Source: a virus. Taken from it: DNA of 64,000 bases. Numbering within the stretch: position 1 is the stretch's first letter; the number at the start of each line of letters is the position of its first letter. The stretch covers positions 80,893 to 144,892 of the IMG/VR virus record IMGVR_UViG_3300045988_111815; one strand, written 5' to 3'. The notes under the pieces were generated by a model, which saw only the letters and a program-made list of their open reading frames with translations, was not told where the DNA came from and searched no databases. This document shows, piece after piece, positions 50,402 through 60,058 of the stretch. A program made the translations under genes and the position numbers.

Positions 50402-51199
50402 TTAATTGGACATAAATATACAAGTTTTACTAAGATATCCTTCTGTCATCTCTATGAAATTCACACAATCTAATTTGCTTAATTTGTAAATCAATGCCGG
50501 ATTGTGTATTATGGCTATAATTTGTGTTTGTGGTTTATGGAATGATAATACATTATAAATTTGCATTATATTGTCAATGTCAAGATTCCTGTCTGGCTCA
50601 TCCATGAGAACCGTGTATTCAAAACTGCTTTCTGCTAATGTTATGCGGTTTCTTTTATAATACTTCAACAGGCTATCAATCCTTTTAATCCAAAACGCAT
50701 TTGATTTTTTCTTGTATTCTACAAGATCTTGTATTGGAAACGTATAATCCTTTTGACCGAACATTAAATTGAAAAGTGATTCCAATGATAACACCACTTT
50801 CTCTCCATAAGATCTTCGAATATTATTCACATACAAATCTAAATTGCTGATGTTTTTCAATACACTATCTCGATTCATCTCCGCAGATGGTAATAAACGG
50901 AATACTTTCCCTGCATAATCGGATGATATGTCAATCCCATCAAGAACCTTGTCATCATCATCAAATATAGGTGGAAAATCCAGTGCCTCGATCGGTATTT
51001 CAGAGCACATGGATTTCTCACATAACGCATACATTGATATGATGTTAAGCAAAGTTGATTTTCCACTACCGTTTTTACCTACAATCACATTCACTCCTGG
51101 CTTGAAAATAAATTCTCTGCCATTTTCAAACGCTTCTATGTCAGAAACATATTCAAATGGAGTTTTCGTATTGTCTTTTATTTTTACTGATGTTATCAT
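50402..51199 (-). CDS. Minimal ABC-type ATPase (AAA_21/AAA_15-like, 265 aa)
   Basis: Walker A: VIVGKNGSGKSTLLN. Signature-like: RRSYGEKVVLSL. Walker B: TVLMDEPDRNLD. H-loop: IIAIIHN. Confidence 0.7.
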   Translation of the reverse strand: MITSVKIKDNTKTPFEYVSDIEAFENGREFIFKPGVNVIVGKNGSGKSTLLNIISMYALCEKSMCSEIPIEALDFPPIFDDDDKVLDGIDISSDYAGKVFRLLPSAEMNRDSVLKNISNLDLYVNNIRRSYGEKVVLSLESLFNLMFGQKDYTFPIQDLVEYKKKSNAFWIKRIDSLLKYYKRNRITLAESSFEYTVLMDEPDRNLDIDNIMQIYNVLSFHKPQTQIIAIIHNPALIYKLSKLDCVNFIEMTEGYLSKTCIFMSN

Positions 51200-51210
51200 T
51201 GTAATCCTTT

Positions 51211-52065
51211 TTAAAAATCAATTACCGTCCGAACCATGTCTCCGATGTGCTTGTTGCCGGTGCCCGTGAGGCCACTGGAGAAGACCACGTACCACGCGAC
51301 GGCCTGGCTGCTCTCAGTACTGGACCAATACCACGTCGAGGAGAGGGGAGATGCCGAAACATAAGTGAATGCTTTGTTTAGTTCGTCCATATAATGGGCC
51401 ATTAAATTTAATTGACCAAGAGATGGTATATACTCGCCATCTTCCAGCAGATTTCTCAATTTTGGATTTCTGGTTACAAGGCGTTCCGTATTGCCGCGTC
51501 CGTCAATGTCAAACAGCGCATCACATTCACGTTCGTAATATGTCCCACTTCCGGATTCTTCACGGCTATCATCGTCAAGCAATTGTATGATATCATGCTC
51601 CGTCAGTGAGATTGCAAATGACATGTATCTGTGCTTCAACCCAATGTATCGTACACAATCTTTGGAGTTATCGCCGGTAAACGGCTCTGCATGTCCGTCT
51701 TTGTAGATTATATACAGTCCGTCAGTTGACTCTTTCTTATCCTCTTCGGATGGTACTCTGTTTTCACATGTACATTTCTCACTTTTGGATCTTACGATTA
51801 TATTCAACTCATTTAATACATGATCCCTGATGACGCTCTCGCACGCTTTTCTTACAAAATCATGATCTCTTCGTTTGAGTTCATCATTCACCATGCATCT
51901 GATCCAGTTTTCTATCTGGTTGTCACCTCCATATGTATTAACCATGTACCGTTTTACGTGTTTCTCCAATAACGGCTCTATGTTTTTGATTATATCTTCT
52001 TTGGTAAGGTGAAGTTCATTTAATATACAGTTCCTTACTGCCTTGCATTCTTTACTTGTGCTCAT
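51211..52065 (-). CDS. Protein with DUF1566 (Lcl C-terminal)-like domain (284 aa)
   Basis: C-terminal …YIPSLGQLNLM…YWSSTESSQAVAWYVVFSSGLTGTGNKHIGDMVRTV matches, from memory, the WRLPT…YWSST…AW.V.F..G…K…VR.V pattern. Confidence 0.45.
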   Translation of the reverse strand: MSTSKECKAVRNCILNELHLTKEDIIKNIEPLLEKHVKRYMVNTYGGDNQIENWIRCMVNDELKRRDHDFVRKACESVIRDHVLNELNIIVRSKSEKCTCENRVPSEEDKKESTDGLYIIYKDGHAEPFTGDNSKDCVRYIGLKHRYMSFAISLTEHDIIQLLDDDSREESGSGTYYERECDALFDIDGRGNTERLVTRNPKLRNLLEDGEYIPSLGQLNLMAHYMDELNKAFTYVSASPLSSTWYWSSTESSQAVAWYVVFSSGLTGTGNKHIGDMVRTVIDF

Positions 52066-52076
52066 GATATGCCCAT

Positions 52077-52424
52077 TTAATACTGTGAATCATATTTTCT
52101 TTCTCTCCCGCTGTCTTCCCCTATAGGATTATCCCATCCGTATTTTACAGCCGTAGCTTTAAATAGAGGTAGCCCGTAAAATCCATAATCATCCTCATCC
52201 CAGTCTTCAAGACCTTCTTCCAGGATGTAGTTCCACATCATTACACATTCAAACATTAAACTGGCTGATATTCCTCTCTGATTTAATGCCTTTTCAAAAC
52301 CGAATCTTACATCTTCTTCAAGCTGTTTCAAAACATTCTCCCTGGTAAATTCAACTACAGTACTGTTCCACCTTTCTTCGTTATTGTATTCTTCGTTCGG
52401 CTCCATACCGAAATCCTTTATCAT
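52077..52424 (-). CDS. Acidic hypothetical protein (115 aa)
   Basis: ORF only. Confidence 0.45.
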   Translation of the reverse strand: MIKDFGMEPNEEYNNEERWNSTVVEFTRENVLKQLEEDVRFGFEKALNQRGISASLMFECVMMWNYILEEGLEDWDEDDYGFYGLPLFKATAVKYGWDNPIGEDSGRERKYDSQY

Positions 52425-52535
52425 GGTTATATGGGATAAATTTAGCCAGTCTGTTAAAATCTCTACCGTCTAAACATTTTGATTCTAATTCTTTAAGTTG
52501 TTCTAATGTTTTCATAAGCAATTTTGTTTTATAGG

Positions 52536-53215
52536 TTAATCCCATCCTCCAGTAGTGTACAAAGATATATCTTCCTCCTCTACGTTTACACCTTTAATAG
52601 CCTGTAGAAGTTTTTTCTTTGTCTCCCGGCACATATTGTAACCATATCCTTTATACCGATATGAGCGCTCCCATGTACTTACTGGAAAAGGGATATTTTC
52701 GTCAATAACCAGCCTCTTCATATGAAGATGTTCGAAGAATTTCTCATGATAGAGTAGTTTGTACTCGTATGCTACTATACTTGCAGATGAGAATGGAAAA
52801 TAATCATCTTCTTTTTCTTCGTATTTGGGCTCCTTATAGTAAGCCATTTTTGTCACAGTAAAATCGAAGCTCCTAAGAATCTCTTTCGGCTTTCCAAACT
52901 CTGACTCTATGAACTCTATCCATACTCTTTCTCCCTCTTTCTGGAACGCACATACCTTCTCATTTCTATATTTAAATTTCCATCCTTATTTCTGATGTTT
53001 TTCATCATTGAACAAATCAACAGTTTCCTGAAAATCGCTTTCACTTTCAAAGAAAATATCAATGTCTTTTACTTTTTCTCCGGAAGAATATTCTTAAAAC
53101 ATCCACCAGCTATAAACCCTTTGTGACCTTCCATATACTTGTCAAGCCATCTTATTTGCCAGAAATTATCTGGAGTATCTATTATAAAATTGTTCATATC
53201 GTTTATGTTTTGCTG
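52536..53215 (-). pseudogene. Disrupted class-II nucleotidyltransferase (CCA-adding/poly(A)-polymerase head-domain family) gene
   Basis: Three collinear minus-strand pieces. Frame 1: MNNFIIDTPDNFWQIRWLDKYMEGHKGFIAGGCFKNILPEKK*. Shifted frame: (K)VKDIDIFFESESDFQETVDLFNDEKHQK, then TAA (plus ~52986-52988). The same frame then continues: …KYRNEKVCAFQKEGERVWIEFIESEFGKPKEILRSFDFTVTKMAYYK… into track ORF 52536..52856. Motif A GGCFKNILPEKKVKDIDIF matches GGAVRD…KDIDI. Motif B RSFDFTVTKMA matches RRDFTINAMA. The frameshift maps to a homopolymer (plus ttttt at 53063-53067). Restoring one A gives PEKKVKDIDI. Confidence 0.5.
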
Positions 53216-53470
53216 TTACCAAGCGAGATAAAAATTCCGCTTCACAATAATACAGTGAGTGTAATTGCTCAGGTCGACTCCGTTGTCCGTAAATGTATCC
53301 AGGACTCGTTTTTCCACGTATTTGAGTTTTACCATTATCCCCTTCTTAAACACTTCTATTAACTTCTCATTGCACTCAATAGGTCCAATAAGACAGTATC
53401 TATTCGAAGGACTGTCTGATATACAATATGTCTGACATCCTAACATGTTGCTTAAAATATTCTCATACAT
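53216..53470 (-). CDS. Hypothetical protein (84 aa)
   Basis: ORF only. Confidence 0.4.
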   Translation of the reverse strand: MYENILSNMLGCQTYCISDSPSNRYCLIGPIECNEKLIEVFKKGIMVKLKYVEKRVLDTFTDNGVDLSNYTHCIIVKRNFYLAW

Positions 53471-53595
53471 ATTTTCTATATTTTACAATTCTTAGCTATG
53501 TTACTTAATTCAGCGGTCATTATCAAATCTGATAGTGACCGCCCCGCATGCACATTTTTGAATAAATTTTACTTTTAATAATTTTCTCATTAGAG

Positions 53596-53871
53596 TTATC
53601 CTCTATTTACTTTTTTCTTTATTTCTTCCGCGATCTCTTCTAATGTTGTTGGAGATAAATAATCATCTACCCTCAACTCTCTTACATAATCTAAGCAATC
53701 CAGACCCTTAGCATCTATTTCCTGCCTCTCTTCGTCGACCCATCTTAAAGTGCCATTTTCTCCACATTCCGGGCATTTATCTGCCCCACATGGAAGAAGC
53801 ATTTGCGCCCCACATAAGACACATCTCACCCAGTCTCCATGCTGCACCCCTTCGTATGTTATTGTTTTCAT
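53596..53871 (-). CDS. Zn-ribbon protein (91 aa)
   Basis: CVLCGAQ…CGADKCPECGENG. Confidence 0.45.
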   Translation of the reverse strand: MKTITYEGVQHGDWVRCVLCGAQMLLPCGADKCPECGENGTLRWVDEERQEIDAKGLDCLDYVRELRVDDYLSPTTLEEIAEEIKKKVNRG

Positions 53872-53876
53872 ATTTG

Positions 53877-54608
53877 TTATCCATTTTTATTAGTTCCTAA
53901 AAGATGCTCGTTACCCTCAAAAGGAATGCAACAATCCCATAATGTTCCATTGGAACATTCATGCTTATAAGACAATCCATCAGAATCGTCCACAATTTCC
54001 CTTGCAAACAAGCTGATATGCCATTCTTTATCATCCTCGTCTCTTACCAGCACTTTGTCAAACGGCTTAAACTCATATTTCGGTTTTTCTTCAATTCCGA
54101 AGAAGCGTTTTAGATATTCTTTTGCTTTAGGATTTTTGCTTTTCTTTAACGCTTTAATCATCCTCTGTTTTTCCGAATCTGTTGCAAGTCTATAGCATTC
54201 TATTTTGTTATTACATGCAGCAAGATTATCCGATATATTAAGACCTGTTATCGCTGCAAGACTCGCATAAAAAGATGTTAAATATTTCCCATGTGTATTT
54301 AAAATAAAAATAAAACTTCCATCTTCGTTGCTTAACACCTCTCCATCTTTAAATGTAATATATTCTGGAACTTCAAGAAGGAGGCGATTTTCGCTGCTAA
54401 GTGCTTTTCCTGTAGCAGAAAACCAATCTGCCGATACAGAAATCGAATGAATTACAACCAATAACGGACAACTTGACGAATTGTCTTCATATACGATTTC
54501 TGCTCTATTTCGTCCTTTCTCTGTCACAATCCGACCTTCTATTGCCCCTATGTTTATTTTTTTCGCCATTTCTAAATCAAACGGAATTGTTACTGTTTTC
54601 TGTTCCAT
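53877..54608 (-). CDS. Hypothetical protein, tandem paralogue A (243 aa)
   Basis: Shares VPFDL…A.KI..G.IEG, YRLAT..EK, DFKPFD.VLVR, LFAR and the C-terminal CIP..GNEHLLGTNKN with 54613..55356. Confidence 0.5.
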   Translation of the reverse strand: MEQKTVTIPFDLEMAKKINIGAIEGRIVTEKGRNRAEIVYEDNSSSCPLLVVIHSISVSADWFSATGKALSSENRLLLEVPEYITFKDGEVLSNEDGSFIFILNTHGKYLTSFYASLAAITGLNISDNLAACNNKIECYRLATDSEKQRMIKALKKSKNPKAKEYLKRFFGIEEKPKYEFKPFDKVLVRDEDDKEWHISLFAREIVDDSDGLSYKHECSNGTLWDCCIPFEGNEHLLGTNKNG

Positions 54609-54612
54609 AATC

Positions 54613-55356
54613 TTATTTGTTTTTATTAGTTCCTAAAAGATGCTCATTTCCTTGGTATGGAATACACTCTTTGTATCTCAAACCTCCCAAGCATTCATAT
54701 TTGTATTCTTCTTCTCTTACTCTGGCAAATAAGTGTAGATTCCAATTTCCCAAATTACTTGCTCTCACCAATACTTGATCGAATGGCTTAAAATCGCATT
54801 TCTTTTGTTCGTCAAGTAAATATTCGTACTTACTTAGATATTTTTTTATGATTTCTGTTTTTTCAAAGCTTTCTGTATTAGCAATTCTTTCAGCAAAAGA
54901 TTTTTTCTCTTCCTCTGTGGCTAATCTAACATACTTGGATTTATCCTCACCACACACACTTGTCCATATTGGAATTTCTTCAGATGTAATCTCGCCATAT
55001 GCCGATATACCATATATGCATCCCATATCTCCTTCTCTATTAATAATACCATTATATATAAATGGGTTCCCAAGCGTGCTTATTAATACATCTCCTTTCT
55101 TAAAATACGCTCCAGCCTCTACTTCCAATTCCAGAGTGGTGTCACCAAGAGTACAACCTTCTGTGTTAGCATATATAGCACTTATCCCATATCCATCTTT
55201 TTTTACAAAAAGTAAATTATAAGGACTTGTACAGTCTTTCGACTCATATACAAATTCTATTTCAATATCATTAATTAATACCGAACCTTCTATTTCTCCG
55301 CTTTTAATTTTTCTCGCCGTATTTAAATCAAACGGAACAATAATTGGATTTTCCAT
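54613..55356 (-). CDS. Hypothetical protein, tandem paralogue B (247 aa)
   Basis: Paralogue of 53877..54608; see above. Confidence 0.5.
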   Translation of the reverse strand: MENPIIVPFDLNTARKIKSGEIEGSVLINDIEIEFVYESKDCTSPYNLLFVKKDGYGISAIYANTEGCTLGDTTLELEVEAGAYFKKGDVLISTLGNPFIYNGIINREGDMGCIYGISAYGEITSEEIPIWTSVCGEDKSKYVRLATEEEKKSFAERIANTESFEKTEIIKKYLSKYEYLLDEQKKCDFKPFDQVLVRASNLGNWNLHLFARVREEEYKYECLGGLRYKECIPYQGNEHLLGTNKNK

Positions 55357-55396
55357 ATCTTTTCGTTTTTAATTGTTATAAAACAGGATGGGTTAC

Positions 55397-56458
55397 TTAC
55401 GCCCATCCCAGTTGTTTCGCAATACTTTCCATCTCGCTATATGCAATCCGGTGGCATCCAGCGGTTAACAAATCGTTTTCGTACCGATTTAGACTCCACT
55501 GGTGGCCGGTGACGTCCTCCACCAGACCGTGCCGAAACTCGGCGCCCCGGTGCATTGCCGACACAGCCCGCCACAGTTTTCTGGCTTCTGCTATTCCAAT
55601 CTTTATCTGTTTACTTGTCTCAATAATATTTCCTTTTATACGAATCCAGGCGTTAGGTTTTTCACCAGGAATATAGAAAGGTGTATTCAAGAAATTGATT
55701 TCTCCTGACTTCCACTCTTCCAGTTTTTCATCAAAATCCTTGTAACGGGCTTCTTCTTCCTTTCTTAATCTCTCTAATTTTATTCTTTCTCTTTCTTCCT
55801 CACCCTTTCTCCATCTTTCAGATCTTTCTGAATACTTAATCCATGTACCTTCCCCGCAAACTTCATCAACAATCACATTTACGGTCCCTAACACTTTTAA
55901 TCCTTGATGATCTAATAAAATTTGAAAGATGCGTTTTAATTCATGTACGTGCTTACGCTTGATACTATCTCCGCTCTTGGATAATTCATGATTGGTTCCA
56001 AGCCAATCATTAGCACTCTTTTTAAGGATACTCTTAGCAGTTCCCATGTTAAAGAACTGAATGTAATCCATCATATTCCCAAAAGCGCCCCAAATATCTG
56101 TATAAGATAATTCTGTTTTAGCTCTTTTGTATTTTTCAATAGACTTCTTAATTGATTCCAGTTTGCTGGCAACGAACCTCATATTACCAGTATCCGATAT
56201 ATTATCCCCTACACTGAAAACCATTGCCCAAGTTGGTATCGCATTACGAACATAGCATTGATGTTTGCTCGTGGTAACAGAATAATAATCTTCATTTATC
56301 AGGTATGCTTTCTTCCCTTGTTTGTTTTTTACTATTCTCCCGACTTCAAAGTGATGCCCATAAGAATAAATACTTGCACCTTCAAAGAAGAAATTGCTCC
56401 CTGATGCTGATTCTTCTTGTTCATGAGCCCACAAGTGAGCGACCATTGAATTGTTCAT
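55397..56458 (-). CDS. Hypothetical protein with central charged coiled-coil (353 aa)
   Basis: ORF only; ERERIKLERLRKEEEARYKDFDEKLEEW segment. Confidence 0.5.
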   Translation of the reverse strand: MNNSMVAHLWAHEQEESASGSNFFFEGASIYSYGHHFEVGRIVKNKQGKKAYLINEDYYSVTTSKHQCYVRNAIPTWAMVFSVGDNISDTGNMRFVASKLESIKKSIEKYKRAKTELSYTDIWGAFGNMMDYIQFFNMGTAKSILKKSANDWLGTNHELSKSGDSIKRKHVHELKRIFQILLDHQGLKVLGTVNVIVDEVCGEGTWIKYSERSERWRKGEEERERIKLERLRKEEEARYKDFDEKLEEWKSGEINFLNTPFYIPGEKPNAWIRIKGNIIETSKQIKIGIAEARKLWRAVSAMHRGAEFRHGLVEDVTGHQWSLNRYENDLLTAGCHRIAYSEMESIAKQLGWA

Positions 56459-56470
56459 ATAAATATCTTT

Positions 56471-56737
56471 TTAATTGTTTAACTTACCTTTATCATATGA
56501 CATTCTCTTTTCGTATTTTTCAATACGTTCGGTTATCATATCGCAGAAGACTTGCCCCTCTTTTTCGGAACCTCTGAAGTAACCAACCATCTTCAGAATA
56601 TTTCCGTCAAATTCATGGACAAACTTGTTATAATAATGCTCACCCATTACCCGTCCGTATTTTTCTACGAACAAATCCTTGTCCAGTGATTCATCCTTAA
56701 AGCAACGATTGTAATCCCATCTTGCTTTTATGCTCAT
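56471..56737 (-). CDS. Hypothetical protein (88 aa)
   Basis: ORF only. Confidence 0.4.
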   Translation of the reverse strand: MSIKARWDYNRCFKDESLDKDLFVEKYGRVMGEHYYNKFVHEFDGNILKMVGYFRGSEKEGQVFCDMITERIEKYEKRMSYDKGKLNN

Positions 56738-57156
56738 AGTTTTATTAATCTACAGTTACTATCTTCAAATACCGGAACCTTCCCTTGTTCTCTAAAATAA
56801 GCAGTGGCCACCTTGAAAGCATAAAGCGGATTTACTTTCTGGATTTCTCGTTGTGATTTATAGAAAGATAACGGCCGACATACATAGAAATTTTCATTGC
56901 CAAGACTCCCAAAAAGCCAATCCATACTACCTTCATCACAATTAGTGCCACCCAGTATTATTAAATCACATCCGGCCTTTCGGGTTCCAAGAATAAACAT
57001 CTTATTCTTGTTTTCCGGTTGCATAAATATTTTCTTGTCGATTTTAAACCAGTCACTCTGGCAACTCTCCACATCCCGACGAACGATTTCGTCAATTTCA
57101 CGGGCATATTCTTCTTGTGTTTTCATCTGTGTAATTTTTAAAAGAAATTCCAACAA
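56734..57156 (-). CDS. Hypothetical protein (140 aa)
   Basis: ORF only. Confidence 0.45.
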   Translation of the reverse strand: MLEFLLKITQMKTQEEYAREIDEIVRRDVESCQSDWFKIDKKIFMQPENKNKMFILGTRKAGCDLIILGGTNCDEGSMDWLFGSLGNENFYVCRPLSFYKSQREIQKVNPLYAFKVATAYFREQGKVPVFEDSNCRLIKL

Positions 57157-57554
57157 TCAGTCATGATAAATGTATGATCAGGTGTGTATTCGGTAAGTGA
57201 TTTAAGTGATTCTATCCCATTACAGTAATAGAAAACATCCTCTTCGTCATCATCTACGATAGTAGTTGATAATTTAATGATTGTTCTTTTATTCTCTCCT
57301 GTGTCCTTCCATACAACCTGACACCATGCATATTCTGGTTCTTTCCCATTTTTCTCCACAAACCTACTATGCTTTAACTCAATATCCCTCTTTATTTGAT
57401 CGGGGTTAGTTATTGTTACCATTTCTTCACAATCACTACAAGTAGCGTGCATGAAAATATCACTAAGATAATCTATTATCTCAAGTGTATTCGGATTTAC
57501 TATGGCTTCACAAGCAACATTTGTTCCACCACATCTTGTACATATATATCCCAT
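57138..57554 (-). CDS. Cys-rich hypothetical protein (138 aa)
   Basis: CTRCGG…CEA…CSDCEE. Confidence 0.45.
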   Translation of the reverse strand: MGYICTRCGGTNVACEAIVNPNTLEIIDYLSDIFMHATCSDCEEMVTITNPDQIKRDIELKHSRFVEKNGKEPEYAWCQVVWKDTGENKRTIIKLSTTIVDDDEEDVFYYCNGIESLKSLTEYTPDHTFIMTDCWNFF

Positions 57555-57698
57555 AATTATCTATTTTTTAAATGTTCAATAATTTCATCTACTGTAGCCT
57601 TACGCCACACAAGACAGGTCCCATCTCCCCTGAACCGGAGCTCTTTGCACTTTACCCACCTGTCTCCTGTGGCATCCGTCACTATCAGCCATTATAAC

Positions 57699-58507
57699 CT
57701 ATTCTTCTAAGCCATTCTCTATCATGACTTCCTTTATCAATTCATCTGTCTCCTCGTAATATCCCCAGCAAGAATCAACCTCTTCCCATTCTTCGCAATC
57801 TTCATCCTCTCTTGATTCGTCTTTGTATCTCTTGGTAAATGCTACCTTCTTTTCAAGAACGTACCCTTTTATATCTCCCCACATCCACATACCTATGGAC
57901 TTTACTTCATTATTTATAATTTTGGCACAATCTTCTTTCCAATCTCCTTCTTTGTTGCAGACTTCATTATCATATTTTTCTTTTGTAACGTATGCTATCC
58001 CTTTTATATAATCACCTTGACTATAACCCCTTGTTGACCACTCTATAGCTACCACATCTTTTCCATATTTGGATATGATATCTAACAGGTCTTCATCATC
58101 CAGATCCTCTATTAATTCTCCTCTGTAATCAAAGTCCTTCAAATCACCTGGTAAAAACTCTTGACCTATATATGGACTTGTCTTATGCTTCAACTCCCAT
58201 ACATTGCTACCTCTGTTGTATGTGAATGAGATCCCATTCGCTTCCCCTTTCTTTAAATATTTTACAATATCTTTCTGTTTTATATGCTTCATTACAATAG
58301 CATCAATAACATCTCTAAGATTATGCTTGTTATCGTAGAAGAAAGTTTTCCAATTGCATTCATCATGCAATCGATGCATATCAGAGTATTCAAAAAGAAT
58401 GACCCAAACAAACCCCAATTAGTTATAGGGCATTCTGAATCATGGCAATAATACACTTTAATGCGATAATTGCCTACTTCTTTTGTTGTAATAAGATCGT
58501 CTTCCAT
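57699..58507 (-). CDS. Hypothetical protein interrupted by a homopolymer frameshift (two track ORFs, 57699..58418 and 58292..58507, probably one gene)
   Basis: Upstream frame reads MEDDLITTKEVGNYRIKVYYCHDSECPITNWG… Downstream frame reads (M/L)GFVWVILFEYSDMHRLHDECNW… Adding one G to the minus-strand GGGG run (plus cccc ~58411-58415) joins them as …PITNWGFVWVILFEY… The downstream track ORF begins at a TTG directly after a TAA. Confidence 0.45.
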
Positions 58508-58518
58508 GTCTTTATATT

Positions 58519-58971
58519 TTAAATAGTTCTTAATTTTTCTTCGATAAATTCATCTATTACATCATAGTATGAGCCATCAAAATCCCCATATTTCTCTGTA
58601 AACTCTTTAGCCCACTCTTGAATGATGGCAAATGCCTCTTCCCTGCTACATTCTTTTAATCCCATTAGATCATCCACGGCTATCACCGACATCTCTTGCA
58701 GATTTCGTAAATAATTCAAATCTATGCTATATGGTAGCTTGCCTACTCCTATACATACATAATGACCTTGTTTAAAGGCATCCTGTAAATCTTCCAAACT
58801 TTCTATCAATGACTCGGACTCATCATCTACTCTCACCTTGTATAACTCAAAATCTTCATTTTCTGCCGACACCCATATCTTGTAGGCTTTTTCGTTGGAC
58901 AATCTTTTCCAAACAAATCCGTCACTGAATACAATTAGGCTACCTGTTACTATCGTATTTTTCATAACCAC
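58519..58971 (-). CDS. Hypothetical protein (150 aa)
   Basis: ORF only. Confidence 0.45.
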   Translation of the reverse strand: MVMKNTIVTGSLIVFSDGFVWKRLSNEKAYKIWVSAENEDFELYKVRVDDESESLIESLEDLQDAFKQGHYVCIGVGKLPYSIDLNYLRNLQEMSVIAVDDLMGLKECSREEAFAIIQEWAKEFTEKYGDFDGSYYDVIDEFIEEKLRTI

Positions 58972-58973
58972 TT

Positions 58974-59168
58974 TTAATCTGTTACTCTGTAATAATAATC
59001 AAGCTCTTCTCCCTTAAAGTTATTCATGGCATACTCGTCAGCTTCTCGCCACAACCGGTCATACAGTGCAGCCAGTTTACGATTACTTTCATCACATGTA
59101 CAAGGTTGCTCCCATCTGTTATGATCTATGCCTACCAACTTCTTTATCCGTTCTACTTCTTCTTTCAT
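58974..59168 (-). CDS. Hypothetical protein (64 aa)
   Basis: ORF only. Confidence 0.35.
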   Translation of the reverse strand: MKEEVERIKKLVGIDHNRWEQPCTCDESNRKLAALYDRLWREADEYAMNNFKGEELDYYYRVTD

Positions 59169-59169
59169 A

Positions 59170-59454
59170 TTATACTATCTCTGTTAGTTTTTCATAATAC
59201 AACTTCATTTCCGGTGAAGCATATTCCATGAATGCTTCGAATAAGCAGGGTACCTCTATTATCATATTCACATTACAACCTTCTGCCTGTGAAAGCAATT
59301 CAGGATCATTACTGTACAGACACGCAACATGAGCACCTATATTAAATACATGCAAATCTATCCTTACGTATTCTATACATGAAGACAATGCATTAAACAA
59401 ATTCTTTACTTCATTCTTGTCAAAAAGTTCTACAAATTCTCTCAACCCCATCAT
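59170..59454 (-). CDS. Hypothetical protein (94 aa)
   Basis: ORF only. Confidence 0.4.
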   Translation of the reverse strand: MMGLREFVELFDKNEVKNLFNALSSCIEYVRIDLHVFNIGAHVACLYSNDPELLSQAEGCNVNMIIEVPCLFEAFMEYASPEMKLYYEKLTEIV

Positions 59455-59834
59455 TTTACTACCCTTTCTATGTGTTTAATTAATACTACCGCCATTCCAT
59501 TGCCGGTTTTTATCGCACATTCCGATCCTTTTATCCATTCTACACACCCTACATACTTTTCCGTAGCATGAAATCCGGGATTGTATTTTCCAGATGTACT
59601 GAACTCTACCGTATCCCCTACCTTCAAATCATCAAAAGCAATAGACCATGTGGTCCAAATTCTATCATGTCTCCCAGGCTGAATGGCTCCAATTACGCCT
59701 TTTTTACGACCGTTTTTTATCGCCCTTAGTATTATCTTTCTATCACCTTCGATAAGGCTGCAAAAGCGCCCGTAAAAGGTTAAATCAACCTGTTTTCCTC
59801 CTATTTCTTCTCTTATTTTTGTTATTCTGTTCAT
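59451..59834 (-). CDS. Hypothetical protein (127 aa)
   Basis: ORF only. Confidence 0.45.
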   Translation of the reverse strand: MNRITKIREEIGGKQVDLTFYGRFCSLIEGDRKIILRAIKNGRKKGVIGAIQPGRHDRIWTTWSIAFDDLKVGDTVEFSTSGKYNPGFHATEKYVGCVEWIKGSECAIKTGNGMAVVLIKHIERVVK

Positions 59835-60058
59835 TTTCTGATTTTGTTTTATTTTTTTCTTTGTTTTTTCTATCTTCTATAGAAGATGATAATAACATTA
59901 TCTTTTCTATGTTACTTTTTGACTGTAAAAAAGAATCGCATTTCATTACTACTACCACCTTCTTAAGTTCCCCATTATCGTATAGCGATACACGCATCAT
60001 GTTTTGCGCCTCGTCCACTATCAGACCTGGAGTAGTCTTAGCCATTTTGCGTAGCTTA

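Noticed and set aside
52857-53215. Treating the nucleotidyltransferase fragments as three separate small genes
   Set aside because: The fragments are collinear. Together they recreate contiguous motif A and motif B of one enzyme family, and the first break maps to a homopolymer run. A single disrupted gene is the simpler explanation.
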